A DNA stretch of 64,000 bases from a virus. Below the pieces are notes generated by a model. That model saw nothing but the letters and a program-made list of their open reading frames with translations, was not told the DNA's origin and made no database searches. Position 1 is the stretch's first letter. Each line of letters opens with the position of its first letter. This document shows, one piece after another, positions 21,201-29,760 of the stretch. The position numbers and the translations under genes are program-made. The stretch lies in IMG/VR virus record IMGVR_UViG_2556921039_000001, one strand, 5' to 3'.

Positions 21201-23002
21201 TTCGTAAAGAAATTAACATACTTAGCTGTTCTACCACTTTTGAAATGGGTGTAGATGTTGGTGAGCTTGAAACGGTATTTATGAAAAATATGCCGCCAAG
21301 TCCTTCTAACTATGCTCAAAGGGCTGGACGAGCTGGTAGACGTACTGAATCGGCTGCATATTCCCTTACTTTTTGTCGCCTGAGTTCTCATGATTTAAAC
21401 TTTTTTAGAGAACCTGTTAACATGATTAAAGGAAAGATATATCCCCCAAAGTTTAAGGTCGAGAATGAAAAAATCATTAAAAGACATATTTTTGCTTCTG
21501 CATTGGCATTTTTCTGGAAGAAAGAACCAAAGTATTTTAAAAATGTCGAAGATTTCTTTTTAAATGATGGATTTGATAGGTTTGATTCATATTTAAATAG
21601 TGAGCCAATAGAATTGATGACTTTTATAGATGACTTTGTTCCTAAAGGTATCTTCAAAAGTAATAAAGAGTGGATAAATGATTTAATCGGTGGAAACGGT
21701 GTTTTGATAAAGGCAAAGGATGATTTTTTTTCAGACATTAATTCCTTAGAAGAAAGACAACAGCGCCTTATAAACGAACAATTAAATGGCAAGAATGTTG
21801 GTTCTGCAATTGGTAAGGTAGGATATATAATTGGCAAGCTTAAAAAGGATAACATTTTGACATTTATGTCAAGAAAAAATGTTATCCCGAAATATGGCTT
21901 CCCTGTAGATACCGTTGAACTATTACCATCAGTAGATTATAACAATAAAAATGAGAACTATCATATCGAATTGCAACGAGATTTGTTAATTGCTATCTCT
22001 GAATATGCGCCGGATTCTGAGGTGATTGCCGATGGAGAAATCTATACGAGCAGATACATAAGAAAAATCTATGGTGGGTCAAAGGATTGGACTAAGTTTA
22101 ACTATGGACAATGCCCTAATAAAGAATGTGGTTATATGAATGTTTGTCTATATGATTATGATGATGAAGAAATGTTTATGGGTAAATGTCCAGTATGTGG
22201 TGATATTGTGCCCAAAGAAGGAATTTTCATTTGGCCTGAATATGGATTTGTTATTGAACCTAAAACAGAAGTGGCAACTACTCGTAAACCCCAGAAAACT
22301 TATAAAGGAGAGATACATTATATTGGAGATAAAAAGGAAAAGCGAGAAATCAATAAAATAACTCATATTATTGGCAAAAATGAAATAAATATTTGTTCTA
22401 CTTCAAACGATGAATTAACTGTTCTCAATAATTCGGAGTTTTATGTTTGTGAGGAGTGCGGTTATACAAAAATATATAAAAGCAGAGGAAATACATTTGA
22501 AGATTTAAAACCACATAAAAATCCATATGGTAAAGAATGTTCTAATACAATACTTAAGCGCCATGCTCTAGGACACACATTTAAAACGGATGTTGTTCAA
22601 ATTTCTGTTACAGATTTCTATATCCCGAGAAAAGAAGCATACTCTGTTTTATATGCATTGTTAGAAGGTATTAGCTCATATTTGGGTATAGAAAGGAATG
22701 ATATCTCAGGTTGCTTGCATTATCGTAAAGGGATAAATGGGAAATTTGAATCTGGCTTTATTATATTTGATAATGTTCCCGGTGGAGCTGGTCATGTTAG
22801 AAGATTAGGGTCAGAAGACCTAAGCGTGATAACGGGTGTTCTAAGAGAATCTTTAAAAATAGTTGAAAGCTGTACTTGTGGTGGGGATGAAAAGGATACC
22901 GCTTGTTATAGTTGCCTTTGTAATTATTATAATCAAAAATATCACGAGGATTTAAAAAGATATAATGCAATCTATTGGTTGAGTGAGATGCTGTCTAATT
23001 AA
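18275..23002 (+). CDS. DEAD/DEAH-box SF2 helicase with DUF1998 (YprA/DruE-like)
   Basis: LYAHQ, TGTGSGKT, YPMNALANDQ, DEAH, SAT, FSDSRQ, EHTAQL, QRAGRAGR, several Zn CxxC, DNVPGGAG...CTC...CYSC. Confidence 0.9.
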   Translation: MNFNPIKASSEIVDKYIRYINTSLYIKDNNYMKQLKEILKQKNKIAKGPYLDVSDTFEKGHTLIELINEGILCPEMLNIKSRKLPLERPLYAHQEEAINKVIKGKNLVVSTGTGSGKTESFLIPILNHLTEQKQNNILTPGGVRALIIYPMNALANDQLKRMRDLLENYKYITFGAYTGETKPKYKDALAKYKSLNKQEPLPNELISREQMKKTPPHILITNYAMLEYLMIRPGDKVFFGGENSNNWRFIVLDEAHTYTGATGIEVSMLLRRLEASLSTKEKLQYILTSATLGNNEEDNDDVVSFAKLLCCGADFDASSVVRATRKPVVPQTDVKNIQLSLYSEIKELLEKNETVNQIYSFLKVNNIDMPYSDNINELLFELIRHDSNYYKIKNYLKNNPQTVYKLTTDLQLNIDDLVNFITVASKAIKNNESVLEARYHMFVRAIEGVYITLKPHKQLFVEPMELVPVGDVKYRAYELSVCQNCGELFIVGYIDENNVLRQLARGKEVDDIKKEYFMLAVENFRDEESEEDEFEVVADDELYYLCSLCGAIDRVTSHNGKPCNCGHIYLNKVKKIVPKGKVLHKCPSCSFVNNKISVLRDFYIGQEAAASVIGTSLYEELPSYEVKREIIEIKDDDEFGTSRGITKVNKWKNHLSKQYLVFSDSRQEAAYFASYFDFSYNNILRKRLIVEALKRNVDAIPPDGWSIERFVHELVLLFNEYKIFNDEDEREREAWKTILYEVCNNDGRFGLEGLGVLSFEFAPVKDALHDFTTEETEALQKILANSFRNNGKLWYNYNKLTERDKEYFLYKAHDSYMTLLSDKKLTYVQSWCSKGNKGNGRTSYIEKITGWDREKANRFLKRMWEKVFSQGDILIVCDGDKYKLNLSKFKVKNGLSSGIKWYECDKCNRITPYNIRNVCPEYMCDGKLDECNIDQELNDNHYRQLFLNLDISPLTIKEHTAQLSSETARVYQEKFVRKEINILSCSTTFEMGVDVGELETVFMKNMPPSPSNYAQRAGRAGRRTESAAYSLTFCRLSSHDLNFFREPVNMIKGKIYPPKFKVENEKIIKRHIFASALAFFWKKEPKYFKNVEDFFLNDGFDRFDSYLNSEPIELMTFIDDFVPKGIFKSNKEWINDLIGGNGVLIKAKDDFFSDINSLEERQQRLINEQLNGKNVGSAIGKVGYIIGKLKKDNILTFMSRKNVIPKYGFPVDTVELLPSVDYNNKNENYHIELQRDLLIAISEYAPDSEVIADGEIYTSRYIRKIYGGSKDWTKFNYGQCPNKECGYMNVCLYDYDDEEMFMGKCPVCGDIVPKEGIFIWPEYGFVIEPKTEVATTRKPQKTYKGEIHYIGDKKEKREINKITHIIGKNEINICSTSNDELTVLNNSEFYVCEECGYTKIYKSRGNTFEDLKPHKNPYGKECSNTILKRHALGHTFKTDVVQISVTDFYIPRKEAYSVLYALLEGISSYLGIERNDISGCLHYRKGINGKFESGFIIFDNVPGGAGHVRRLGSEDLSVITGVLRESLKIVESCTCGGDEKDTACYSCLCNYYNQKYHEDLKRYNAIYWLSEMLSN

Positions 23003-23231
23003 TCTAAATAATAATGATAATGCATCAACGTACTGGACAGAAAAAGAAGTAAAAACAATATAATTGCAAAACTCTATAGGCAATAGGGTATTCTCCAGAC
23101 ATTAAGGAATTTCATTATTAAATGCTTGAACTGATTGTAAAGGAATTAGCTCATAAAATAAATTTCTTAGAGCATTGCATTAGAAAATTTGAGGCTACTA
23201 TTTTAGGATAATATTAAAGGGGAATAAAAAA

Positions 23232-25508
23232 ATGCAAAAAAGTAATTTTTTAATAGCAAACATTTTAAATAAAACCTTTGACTTATATATTGATGATTAT
23301 ACTGAAGAAAAACTTAAAGATTATAGGAATAGATATCAAGAGACACATGCTTTCTTTAGGTATTCTATAAAAGGACAAGAAAAGATTATAATATTTCCAC
23401 TGACTGACGATTCTGTTGTAACACCCGAAAAATATACTGTAAATCCAATAAAGGATACGATATTAGTTAAAAAGTTTGTCCATGAGCTTGTTTTCAGAGA
23501 AATATATCAAATAGGAAGAAAGATTGAAAAGTATACTACCATCACTTTTATATCTGAGAAAAATGAAGATGACTTAATAAGTCAGGTAGTTCCACCTGAA
23601 TATAGAACAATATTTGGGTATAAAAAAGGCATAAAAATTGATAGTAGAGTTTTTTATCCAGATAAGGACTCAGCCCTTATTGGGGTTATAATTAATTCCT
23701 TTTACAGGTGGGACAATAAACTGAACTGCAAATTTTTACATGACAAGGGAATTGAACTTAAAAACAGATTTGTTTGTGAGTTTTCAGATCCAACAATCTC
23801 AATTTTGTCCAAATCAAGAGTGTTATTAGGAGTTATTATTGATATAGATGGAGATGAAGCTGTTATTGAAAAGAGTGGACATATAAGCAAGAAACTACTT
23901 AGTGATATTTATGTTGAAAACAACTTTAAGAATAGAAATGAAATAATGAGAGAGCTGTTGGGAGATAAAAAATTTGAAGAAATAATTAAAATTATTAAGA
24001 ATTCTTCTGGTTCAAGAAAAAGTGCTGATTCTCAATTTAGTTCTGCTAATAGAATTGCTGAATGGTTAATCAAGACAAATTTCAACAGTAAATCAGGATT
24101 TTCATTTAGATTTACAAATATTTTTTCCTCGGACAATAGCCAATGGAAGTCAATAAATGCACAAAATCCTACTTATATATTTAGTTTACGTGAAGATAAA
24201 ATAGATACATATGCTGATAGGGGATTGAAAAAGTATGGGCCTTATGACAGTATTACATATACACCTAAAACACCTAATATTGCAGTAATATGTAAAAAAA
24301 CAGATAGAGGAATTGTAACTGAATTTTTAAAAAAATTTGAGCAAGGATTGCCTTCAATTAAATCAGGACATTTTGAACCTTATGGTCAAGGTTTTGTTAG
24401 AAAGTTCAAACTATCTTCAATAAATTGGTCTGTTTACGAGTTTAATAGTGACTGTAAAGATGATTATGAAAAGGCGATAAGATCATGCTTACAAAACACT
24501 ATAAAGTGGGATTTGGCAATTATTCAAACATCTGAAAAACATAAACTGTTACCAGCGTCAGAAAGCCCTTATTATTTAGCAAAGGCCAAATTTATGGCGA
24601 ATGACATACCTGTCCAGGGAATCAATATAGAAACAATGAAAAAAAGAGATGAACAAATTGTCTACATTCTAAATAATATATCGTTGGCTTGTTATGCGAA
24701 AATGGGAGGAACTCCTTGGGTTATTCCGTCAAATAAAAGTATTGACAGAGAATTGGTGATAGGATTAGGGAATGCAATAATAAAAAAAGATAGATTTAAA
24801 TATGAAAAAAGAATTGTTGGCATAACTACCGTTTTTAATAGTGATGGGCGATATATGCTAAGCAGTAAATCTGCAGAAGTTGATTTTAAAGATTATTTTG
24901 AAGCATTACTTTATAATCTGCGGTCAGTATTTAACGATATCAAAAAAAATGAGGGATGGCGGAGTGGTGATAATGTACGACTTGTGTTTCACTGTTTTAA
25001 GCCTTTCAAAAACAGTGAGGCTAATGCTATAAAAAAACTTATGTTAGAATTAAGCAGGGATTTGAATATTATTTATGCCTTTTTACATATTGCAAAGGAA
25101 CCACCATTGTTTTTAATTGATGATGAACAAGCAGGTATTCCTTCTTATAATGGTTCTTTAAAAGGAAAATGGATGCTGAAGAAAGGAACTGGTGTAAAGT
25201 TTGATGATAACGAATGTCTTATCCAACTTACAGATGCAAAAGATATTAAAATGGCAAGTCATGGAATGGCTAAGCCTATCATGTTGAAATTACACAGAGA
25301 GTCTACTTTTCTTGATTTAGACTATTTATCACAACAAGTATTTAATTTTGCTGCAATGTCATATCGAAGCTTTTCAAGTGCACCATTACCTGTTACTATT
25401 TGGTATTCACAGATGATAGCAAAAATATTAGGTAATATGCGAGATATTAAAGGATGGGATTCGGACTTCTTATTGAATAAGTTGAAATATAATAGGTGGT
25501 TTTTATGA
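23232..25508 (+). CDS. Prokaryotic Argonaute, long-B (RsAgo-like), catalytically inactive
   Basis: 758 aa; MID Y-K-Q-K (YYLAK, PVQ, YAKMGGTPW); PIWI ELVIGLG, IVGITTVF, RLVFH, PVTIWYS, C-terminal RWFL; DEDX tetrad absent. Confidence 0.92.
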   Translation: MQKSNFLIANILNKTFDLYIDDYTEEKLKDYRNRYQETHAFFRYSIKGQEKIIIFPLTDDSVVTPEKYTVNPIKDTILVKKFVHELVFREIYQIGRKIEKYTTITFISEKNEDDLISQVVPPEYRTIFGYKKGIKIDSRVFYPDKDSALIGVIINSFYRWDNKLNCKFLHDKGIELKNRFVCEFSDPTISILSKSRVLLGVIIDIDGDEAVIEKSGHISKKLLSDIYVENNFKNRNEIMRELLGDKKFEEIIKIIKNSSGSRKSADSQFSSANRIAEWLIKTNFNSKSGFSFRFTNIFSSDNSQWKSINAQNPTYIFSLREDKIDTYADRGLKKYGPYDSITYTPKTPNIAVICKKTDRGIVTEFLKKFEQGLPSIKSGHFEPYGQGFVRKFKLSSINWSVYEFNSDCKDDYEKAIRSCLQNTIKWDLAIIQTSEKHKLLPASESPYYLAKAKFMANDIPVQGINIETMKKRDEQIVYILNNISLACYAKMGGTPWVIPSNKSIDRELVIGLGNAIIKKDRFKYEKRIVGITTVFNSDGRYMLSSKSAEVDFKDYFEALLYNLRSVFNDIKKNEGWRSGDNVRLVFHCFKPFKNSEANAIKKLMLELSRDLNIIYAFLHIAKEPPLFLIDDEQAGIPSYNGSLKGKWMLKKGTGVKFDDNECLIQLTDAKDIKMASHGMAKPIMLKLHRESTFLDLDYLSQQVFNFAAMSYRSFSSAPLPVTIWYSQMIAKILGNMRDIKGWDSDFLLNKLKYNRWFL

Positions 25509-26482
25509 ATGATAATGCTATTGAAAACAAAAGTTGGGACTTTTTATTTAATGAGGATGAAACGTTTTTTAGGAAATGTTTTAAGCTATATACATTAGGA
25601 GAAGGTTACGTAAATTTGTCAGATGAAGAAATCGAAAAGAGTATTGTTGACTTGAATGACTATAAAAATGTAGCTTCTATTTGTTATCTTATTCTTGCAG
25701 GATATAGGTCTATTAAACTCAATCTTTTACAATCTTTAGAAGAAGGATTGGATAGAATATCACAGAAAACGATATCCCCTACTTATAATCTAGTATATGA
25801 TGAAATGGCTTTAATGGGATTGGTAATTGCCGTAAAGAATTTAAAACTGCAACAGCATTACGAATGGCTTAAAAAGTTGCTTTTTGAGTATAAAAAATCT
25901 GCAACACTTCGAGAGACTGACTATGGCTTTGCAGAACTGATGGAAGAATATATTAATGATTCAAATATTATTGTTGGAATTCAATCAGATAAAAGTAATT
26001 TAATTAAATCCTGGTTGTCATATGAAAAAAAACAAAAGAATTCTTGCTTAACTCAGCAATGTGAACTCAGTAAAAAAATTTGGAAAATGGGAGTCCCATA
26101 TTTTAATGATGATTTTTTTGATTGCTTAGCTTGTGGCGTTATTGATAAACTGATAGCTCAAAAATTTGAATTTGGTGTAATAAGCGTCGAAAACAATTAT
26201 AGAAAGGCTATAAACAAAGCTGAAAAGCTTGGTAAAATTTATGCTTTCATTTTGATTTCTGTGATATTAATAACAGTTGCTGTACTTTATATTTTTATAG
26301 TATACAAAATATCTGTTTATGAATATATAAAGGATGAAAATTTATGGTATATTCCTGCAGGGATTGGTGTAATTGGAGTAATCGGCTTACCAATAGCTAT
26401 ACTAAAGAATACCAAAAAGATTTTTTTGTGGCTATCTCAATATTTTTCTAAATTGATAAAAAAAGTAAGGGGATTAATATAG
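25505..26482 (+). CDS. pAgo-associated protein with two C-terminal TM helices (putative membrane effector)
   Basis: ATGA overlap with the pAgo stop; hydrophobic IYAFILISVILITVAVLYIFIV and WYIPAGIGVIGVIGLPIAIL; basic amphipathic tail. Confidence 0.75.
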   Translation: MNDNAIENKSWDFLFNEDETFFRKCFKLYTLGEGYVNLSDEEIEKSIVDLNDYKNVASICYLILAGYRSIKLNLLQSLEEGLDRISQKTISPTYNLVYDEMALMGLVIAVKNLKLQQHYEWLKKLLFEYKKSATLRETDYGFAELMEEYINDSNIIVGIQSDKSNLIKSWLSYEKKQKNSCLTQQCELSKKIWKMGVPYFNDDFFDCLACGVIDKLIAQKFEFGVISVENNYRKAINKAEKLGKIYAFILISVILITVAVLYIFIVYKISVYEYIKDENLWYIPAGIGVIGVIGLPIAILKNTKKIFLWLSQYFSKLIKKVRGLI

Positions 26483-26536
26483 AAAATATAGGTTATATTG
26501 GGTTGATAGTCTTATGAGAAAGTATCTAGCGATACA

Positions 26537-26782
26537 ATGGAATTAGCAGATAAAATAGAAAATGGCGGATTAAACGGCGGATTAAATAGCGGATTAAAAT
26601 CCTTATTTGACACAATAAAAGATAACCCAGGAATTAAAGCAAAAGATGCTTCAATATTATTAGATAATCGTGCTATTAGTACTATAGAAAAACAGATAAA
26701 AGAATTATCTAATAAGGGTTTAATTGAAAGACGTGGAAGTAAAAAAGCCGGAGGTTATTATGCTGTAAAAAATGAGGAATAA
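26537..26782 (+). CDS. Winged-helix protein, probably the orphan C-terminal wHTH of a larger gene
   Basis: NGGL repeats, IKDNPGI...STIEKQIKEL...GLIERRGSKKAGGYY; no clear RBS. Confidence 0.5.
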   Translation: MELADKIENGGLNGGLNSGLKSLFDTIKDNPGIKAKDASILLDNRAISTIEKQIKELSNKGLIERRGSKKAGGYYAVKNEE

Positions 26783-26810
26783 AAAAAGAAAATAATTTTC
26801 CCCGAGAAAA

Positions 26811-27317
26811 CTATTTTCTAAGAAATTCACTATTAGCTATTTGAATTGGATTTATATCATATCCTTTGTTTTTTAAAATTTGGCTCTTAAAATCAACAAG
26901 TTCAACGGGTATGTCCAGTTTTGCTGCAATGAATTCATATGTATATTCCTGCTTTGCAAAATCCATAATCGTATTATCCGGGATAAGCAATTCGGTTGCG
27001 AATAGATTCGCTTCCCGTTCCGGCTTTGATGACATGTCAAAAAGAGAGAATTCCCGGATGGCAGTATTTCTCGCAAAATGCTGATGAAGTCTATCATGCC
27101 CTAATTCATGGGCACATATAATACTCTTAAATTTATCATTTATTTTTTGGTTAATAACTATATAGCGAAAGCGTGACTGGTAAAAATAATACCCCTTCAA
27201 ATTTCCTAAGTTTTCAAAGACAATATTAATATTCATTCCACTGGCAATCTCAAATGGATTGCGAGTTCTATATTTTTTTATTAATCTCTCAACTTCAGTT
27301 GAAATGATATTAATCAT
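26811..27317 (-). CDS. ImmA/IrrE-family metallopeptidase (anti-repressor)
   Basis: CAHELGH (HExxH), EREANLFATELL; directly downstream of an XRE repressor. Confidence 0.9.
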   Translation of the reverse strand: MINIISTEVERLIKKYRTRNPFEIASGMNINIVFENLGNLKGYYFYQSRFRYIVINQKINDKFKSIICAHELGHDRLHQHFARNTAIREFSLFDMSSKPEREANLFATELLIPDNTIMDFAKQEYTYEFIAAKLDIPVELVDFKSQILKNKGYDINPIQIANSEFLRK

Positions 27318-27380
27318 TACTTCACCTACCTTCACCCATAAGTATTCCGGTTAATGCCGTATACTTCTTACTCTTCAGAT

Positions 27381-27809
27381 TTATTTTTTCGTACCATATT
27401 TTTCTCTTGCTTTAGCTTTGGCATCAAAATATATTTTAGTTATTGATTGAAAAAATGCATCCTGGTCTTCTTCTGACAATGAACCACCTGCCATCATTGC
27501 TGCTGTTTTTTCTACGAGTGCTTCGGCTTCTTTCTTACCTTTATACCCAAAGTCTTCTTTAGCAGACGATATAAAATTATCTTCTGTTTTGGAAAGAGCA
27601 TTTCTATTATCAGTATCCGTTATTAAATAATCTACTGATACATTAAATATTTCGGCAAGTTTTCGAATAACCTTTTTATCTTTTGGAAATAAGTTATCTG
27701 TTTCATAATTATATATTGATTTTGTAGATACTCCAATATTTGAAGCCAATTCCTTTTGTGAGTATCCTAGTTCTTTGCGCAGTTTTTTGACTTTTTCTCC
27801 AAAATTCAT
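27381..27809 (-). CDS. ImmR-like XRE repressor
   Basis: SQKELASNIGVSTKSIYNYE...LAEIFNVSVDYL. Confidence 0.9.
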   Translation of the reverse strand: MNFGEKVKKLRKELGYSQKELASNIGVSTKSIYNYETDNLFPKDKKVIRKLAEIFNVSVDYLITDTDNRNALSKTEDNFISSAKEDFGYKGKKEAEALVEKTAAMMAGGSLSEEDQDAFFQSITKIYFDAKAKAREKYGTKK

Positions 27810-27875
27810 TGTATCATCCTCCTGTTGTAATAAGTAAGTTGTTTCTGCATATCAGAAATAAATTTCCGGTTTTTA

Positions 27876-27958
27876 TTGACACTATTTTACTTCTTGTGTA
27901 TACTGATAAGTAACTACTTACTGATTTATATGATATATCAGTAAGTAACTTCTGTCAA
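27876..27958. promoter_or_regulatory. Face-to-face SigA promoters with operator
   Basis: + strand TTGACA(27876-81)-17-TATACT(27899-904); - strand TTGACA(27958-53)-17-TATCAT(27935-30); 11-bp inverted repeat TACTTACTGAT/ATCAGTAAGTA 27915-25/27937-47. Confidence 0.75.
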
Positions 27959-27989
27959 GGGAAGATACAGCGAAGGGAGGAAGTAAATT

Positions 27990-28541
27990 ATGGAAATGGA
28001 AAGTGGTTTATATAAGGAAATGGATATTCATAGGACATCCTGCATTAATAACAGTAAAATCAGTCCTAATGTGTATCACAATACCAAGCTGCTGCTTACT
28101 TTGTATAATAAAGTACTATGGAGAATAAACCAATCATTAGATGTGGTTAGAGAAGATTGTTTATACTCTACACAAAAACATCTGGATGAATTGATTAACA
28201 GCTTGGTTGATGTTGATTTATATTTGTCAAAAACCAGATTTGAAAGCCGGTTACAAAGTATTGAGGAAAGCAGGAGTATTATCAATCTGGTTGACAAGGC
28301 ATTAATTATGTTGAAATCACATCCTGATAATGGTGAGAGGTATTATTCTCTGCTTTATAAAGCTTATATTAGTCCATATAAATATAGTGAAGAAGAAATG
28401 CTTGAATACTTATGTGTTTCAAGATCTACATATTTTAGAGAAAAAAAAAGAGCAATCAGACTACTTGGAACTATACTGTGGGGATTTTTAATTCCTAAGT
28501 TAGCTAAAGAACTAAAGCAGGTCTATGTGCTGGAATATTGA
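27990..28541 (+). CDS. Putative RinA/ArpU-like transcriptional activator
   Basis: C-terminal HTH EEMLEYLCVSRSTYFREKKRAI; followed by a repeat-containing promoter. Confidence 0.6.
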   Translation: MEMESGLYKEMDIHRTSCINNSKISPNVYHNTKLLLTLYNKVLWRINQSLDVVREDCLYSTQKHLDELINSLVDVDLYLSKTRFESRLQSIEESRSIINLVDKALIMLKSHPDNGERYYSLLYKAYISPYKYSEEEMLEYLCVSRSTYFREKKRAIRLLGTILWGFLIPKLAKELKQVYVLEY

Positions 28542-28594
28542 GACTAAAATGAAACCTGGTTGCTACTGACACCATACTTTGACACTGTTATAAT
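28539..28594 (+). promoter_or_regulatory. Activator-dependent promoter with TGAGACT-like repeats and extended -10
   Basis: TGAGACT 28539, TGAAACC 28550, TGCTACT 28561 (11-bp period), TGACACC 28567, TGACACT 28580; TGtTATAAT 28586-94. Confidence 0.55.
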
Positions 28595-28707
28595 TGCTAT
28601 ACTGGAATAAAAAGGCGTTAATTTATGCTCTGAAACGTTTATAACGTGACAGGGCTATTTTTATGCCCTTTTTTAAAAAGGAAAATTATAACAATGACTC
28701 GATTAGA

Positions 28708-28739
28708 GGAGTCGCACAATTTTGTGCGGCTCCTTTTTT
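28708..28739 (+). terminator. Intrinsic terminator/attenuator in the leader of the sigma70-r4-like gene
   Basis: GGAGTCGCACA-ATTT-TGTGCGGCTCC followed by T6. Confidence 0.75.
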
Positions 28740-28856
28740 CGTTTTGGGACAAAGGGGTTGTCAATATGCTGTACGAGGTCAACCAGCACTGCCGTTCTCC
28801 ATAAATTCCTCTGTTTTTCAATTCCCTAAAAATTTGAAAAACGGAGGAAATGAATA

Positions 28857-29273
28857 ATGGAAGTAAAGATCAATTATGAAGGTAAGGAAATATGGGTTGA
28901 TGAGCAGGTGAAAGAATGCTTGGACGAATTAAAAAGAGAAGAAAGCGTGCAAAGCAGGAAGAGTAGAAGGCATGAGTTGCTGTGGGATTCAATGCTGATT
29001 GATGGAATTGAAAATGACCAGGGTACATTACCGGAAATAGTGCCTATTGAAGAAGACGTGATTTGGGCTATGTATCTTCAAGCGTTGGACAAGCTTATCA
29101 ATGGACTGGAATCTACGGACAAGCAAATAATTACTGACCGCTTTTTTAATAAAATGAAGTACCGTGAAATGGCTGAAAAATATGCTATGCCGGTTACATC
29201 CATTCAGTACAGAATAGAAAAATCAATCAAGGAAATGAGCCGGAAATTTAATGATGTTCTGAATAAGTTATAG
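28857..29273 (+). CDS. Sigma70 region-4-like (Tn916 Orf7-like) regulator
   Basis: RKSRRHE, C-terminal IITDRFFNKMKYREMAEKYAMPVTSIQYRI HTH; GGAGG RBS. Confidence 0.7.
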   Translation: MEVKINYEGKEIWVDEQVKECLDELKREESVQSRKSRRHELLWDSMLIDGIENDQGTLPEIVPIEEDVIWAMYLQALDKLINGLESTDKQIITDRFFNKMKYREMAEKYAMPVTSIQYRIEKSIKEMSRKFNDVLNKL

Positions 29274-29369
29274 GCAAAGAAAAAAAATTTAAAAGTTTTT
29301 CCGTAAAAACACTCTCTGACTGACCTAAAGGGTGAGGGGATATTTTTATTCCTTCTATGCTCTTTGAAA

Positions 29370-29760
29370 AACGGCAGAGAGTGTTTTTCTTTTCTGCCTA
29401 TATACAATATTTCAGGTACGTTACTCTTGTGGCTGTGATTAGCGGAAAGCGACGTAAGCGAAAACGCCATGAAGGGATTTTTATAATTCCTAAGCGACTT
29501 TTTTTGGCTTTAAATTATCAGTGGTTCTGATAAATCGCCATGATCCACAAGAGGGATAATGATACTTCCGTCAAGTCCTAACTTCTCGTATGGATGACGG
29601 CTCGCTCGGTGAGGGAGAGGTTTAGATACCTATGTTGTCTGCAAACCGCAGATAGCCTGAAATATTCCCGTATTGGGGTGCGTGGCAAATACAATACCAA
29701 ATAAATTAAGAAGCAATAAAGGCAGGAGCTAAGCTATACTCTTGCCTTTAATTTTTATTT
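29370..29760 (+). ncRNA. Candidate large structured non-coding RNA ending in an intrinsic terminator
   Basis: ORF-free; perfect 11-bp long-range helix 29406-16/29656-66, nested 9-bp helix 29424-32/29545-53, several local hairpins, 12-bp terminator stem 29717-28/29739-50 plus T-rich tail. Confidence 0.6.

Noticed and set aside
20296-21855. Several 70-155 aa minus-strand ORFs inside the helicase (similar shadows occur in hsdR, res, terL and portal)
   Set aside because: They overlap strongly supported genes on the opposite strand and have no recognisable features
23003-23231. Possible decayed ORF between the helicase and pAgo
   Set aside because: Stops in all frames, no recognisable family; cannot be supported
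23232-25508. pAgo as an active slicer (long-A)
   Set aside because: No acidic residues at the DEDX positions; RsAgo-like signature
26561-26596. Three 12-bp tandem repeats (AATGGCGGATTA-like)
   Set aside because: In-frame NGGL coding repeats of the wHTH ORF; not iterons or a CRISPR array
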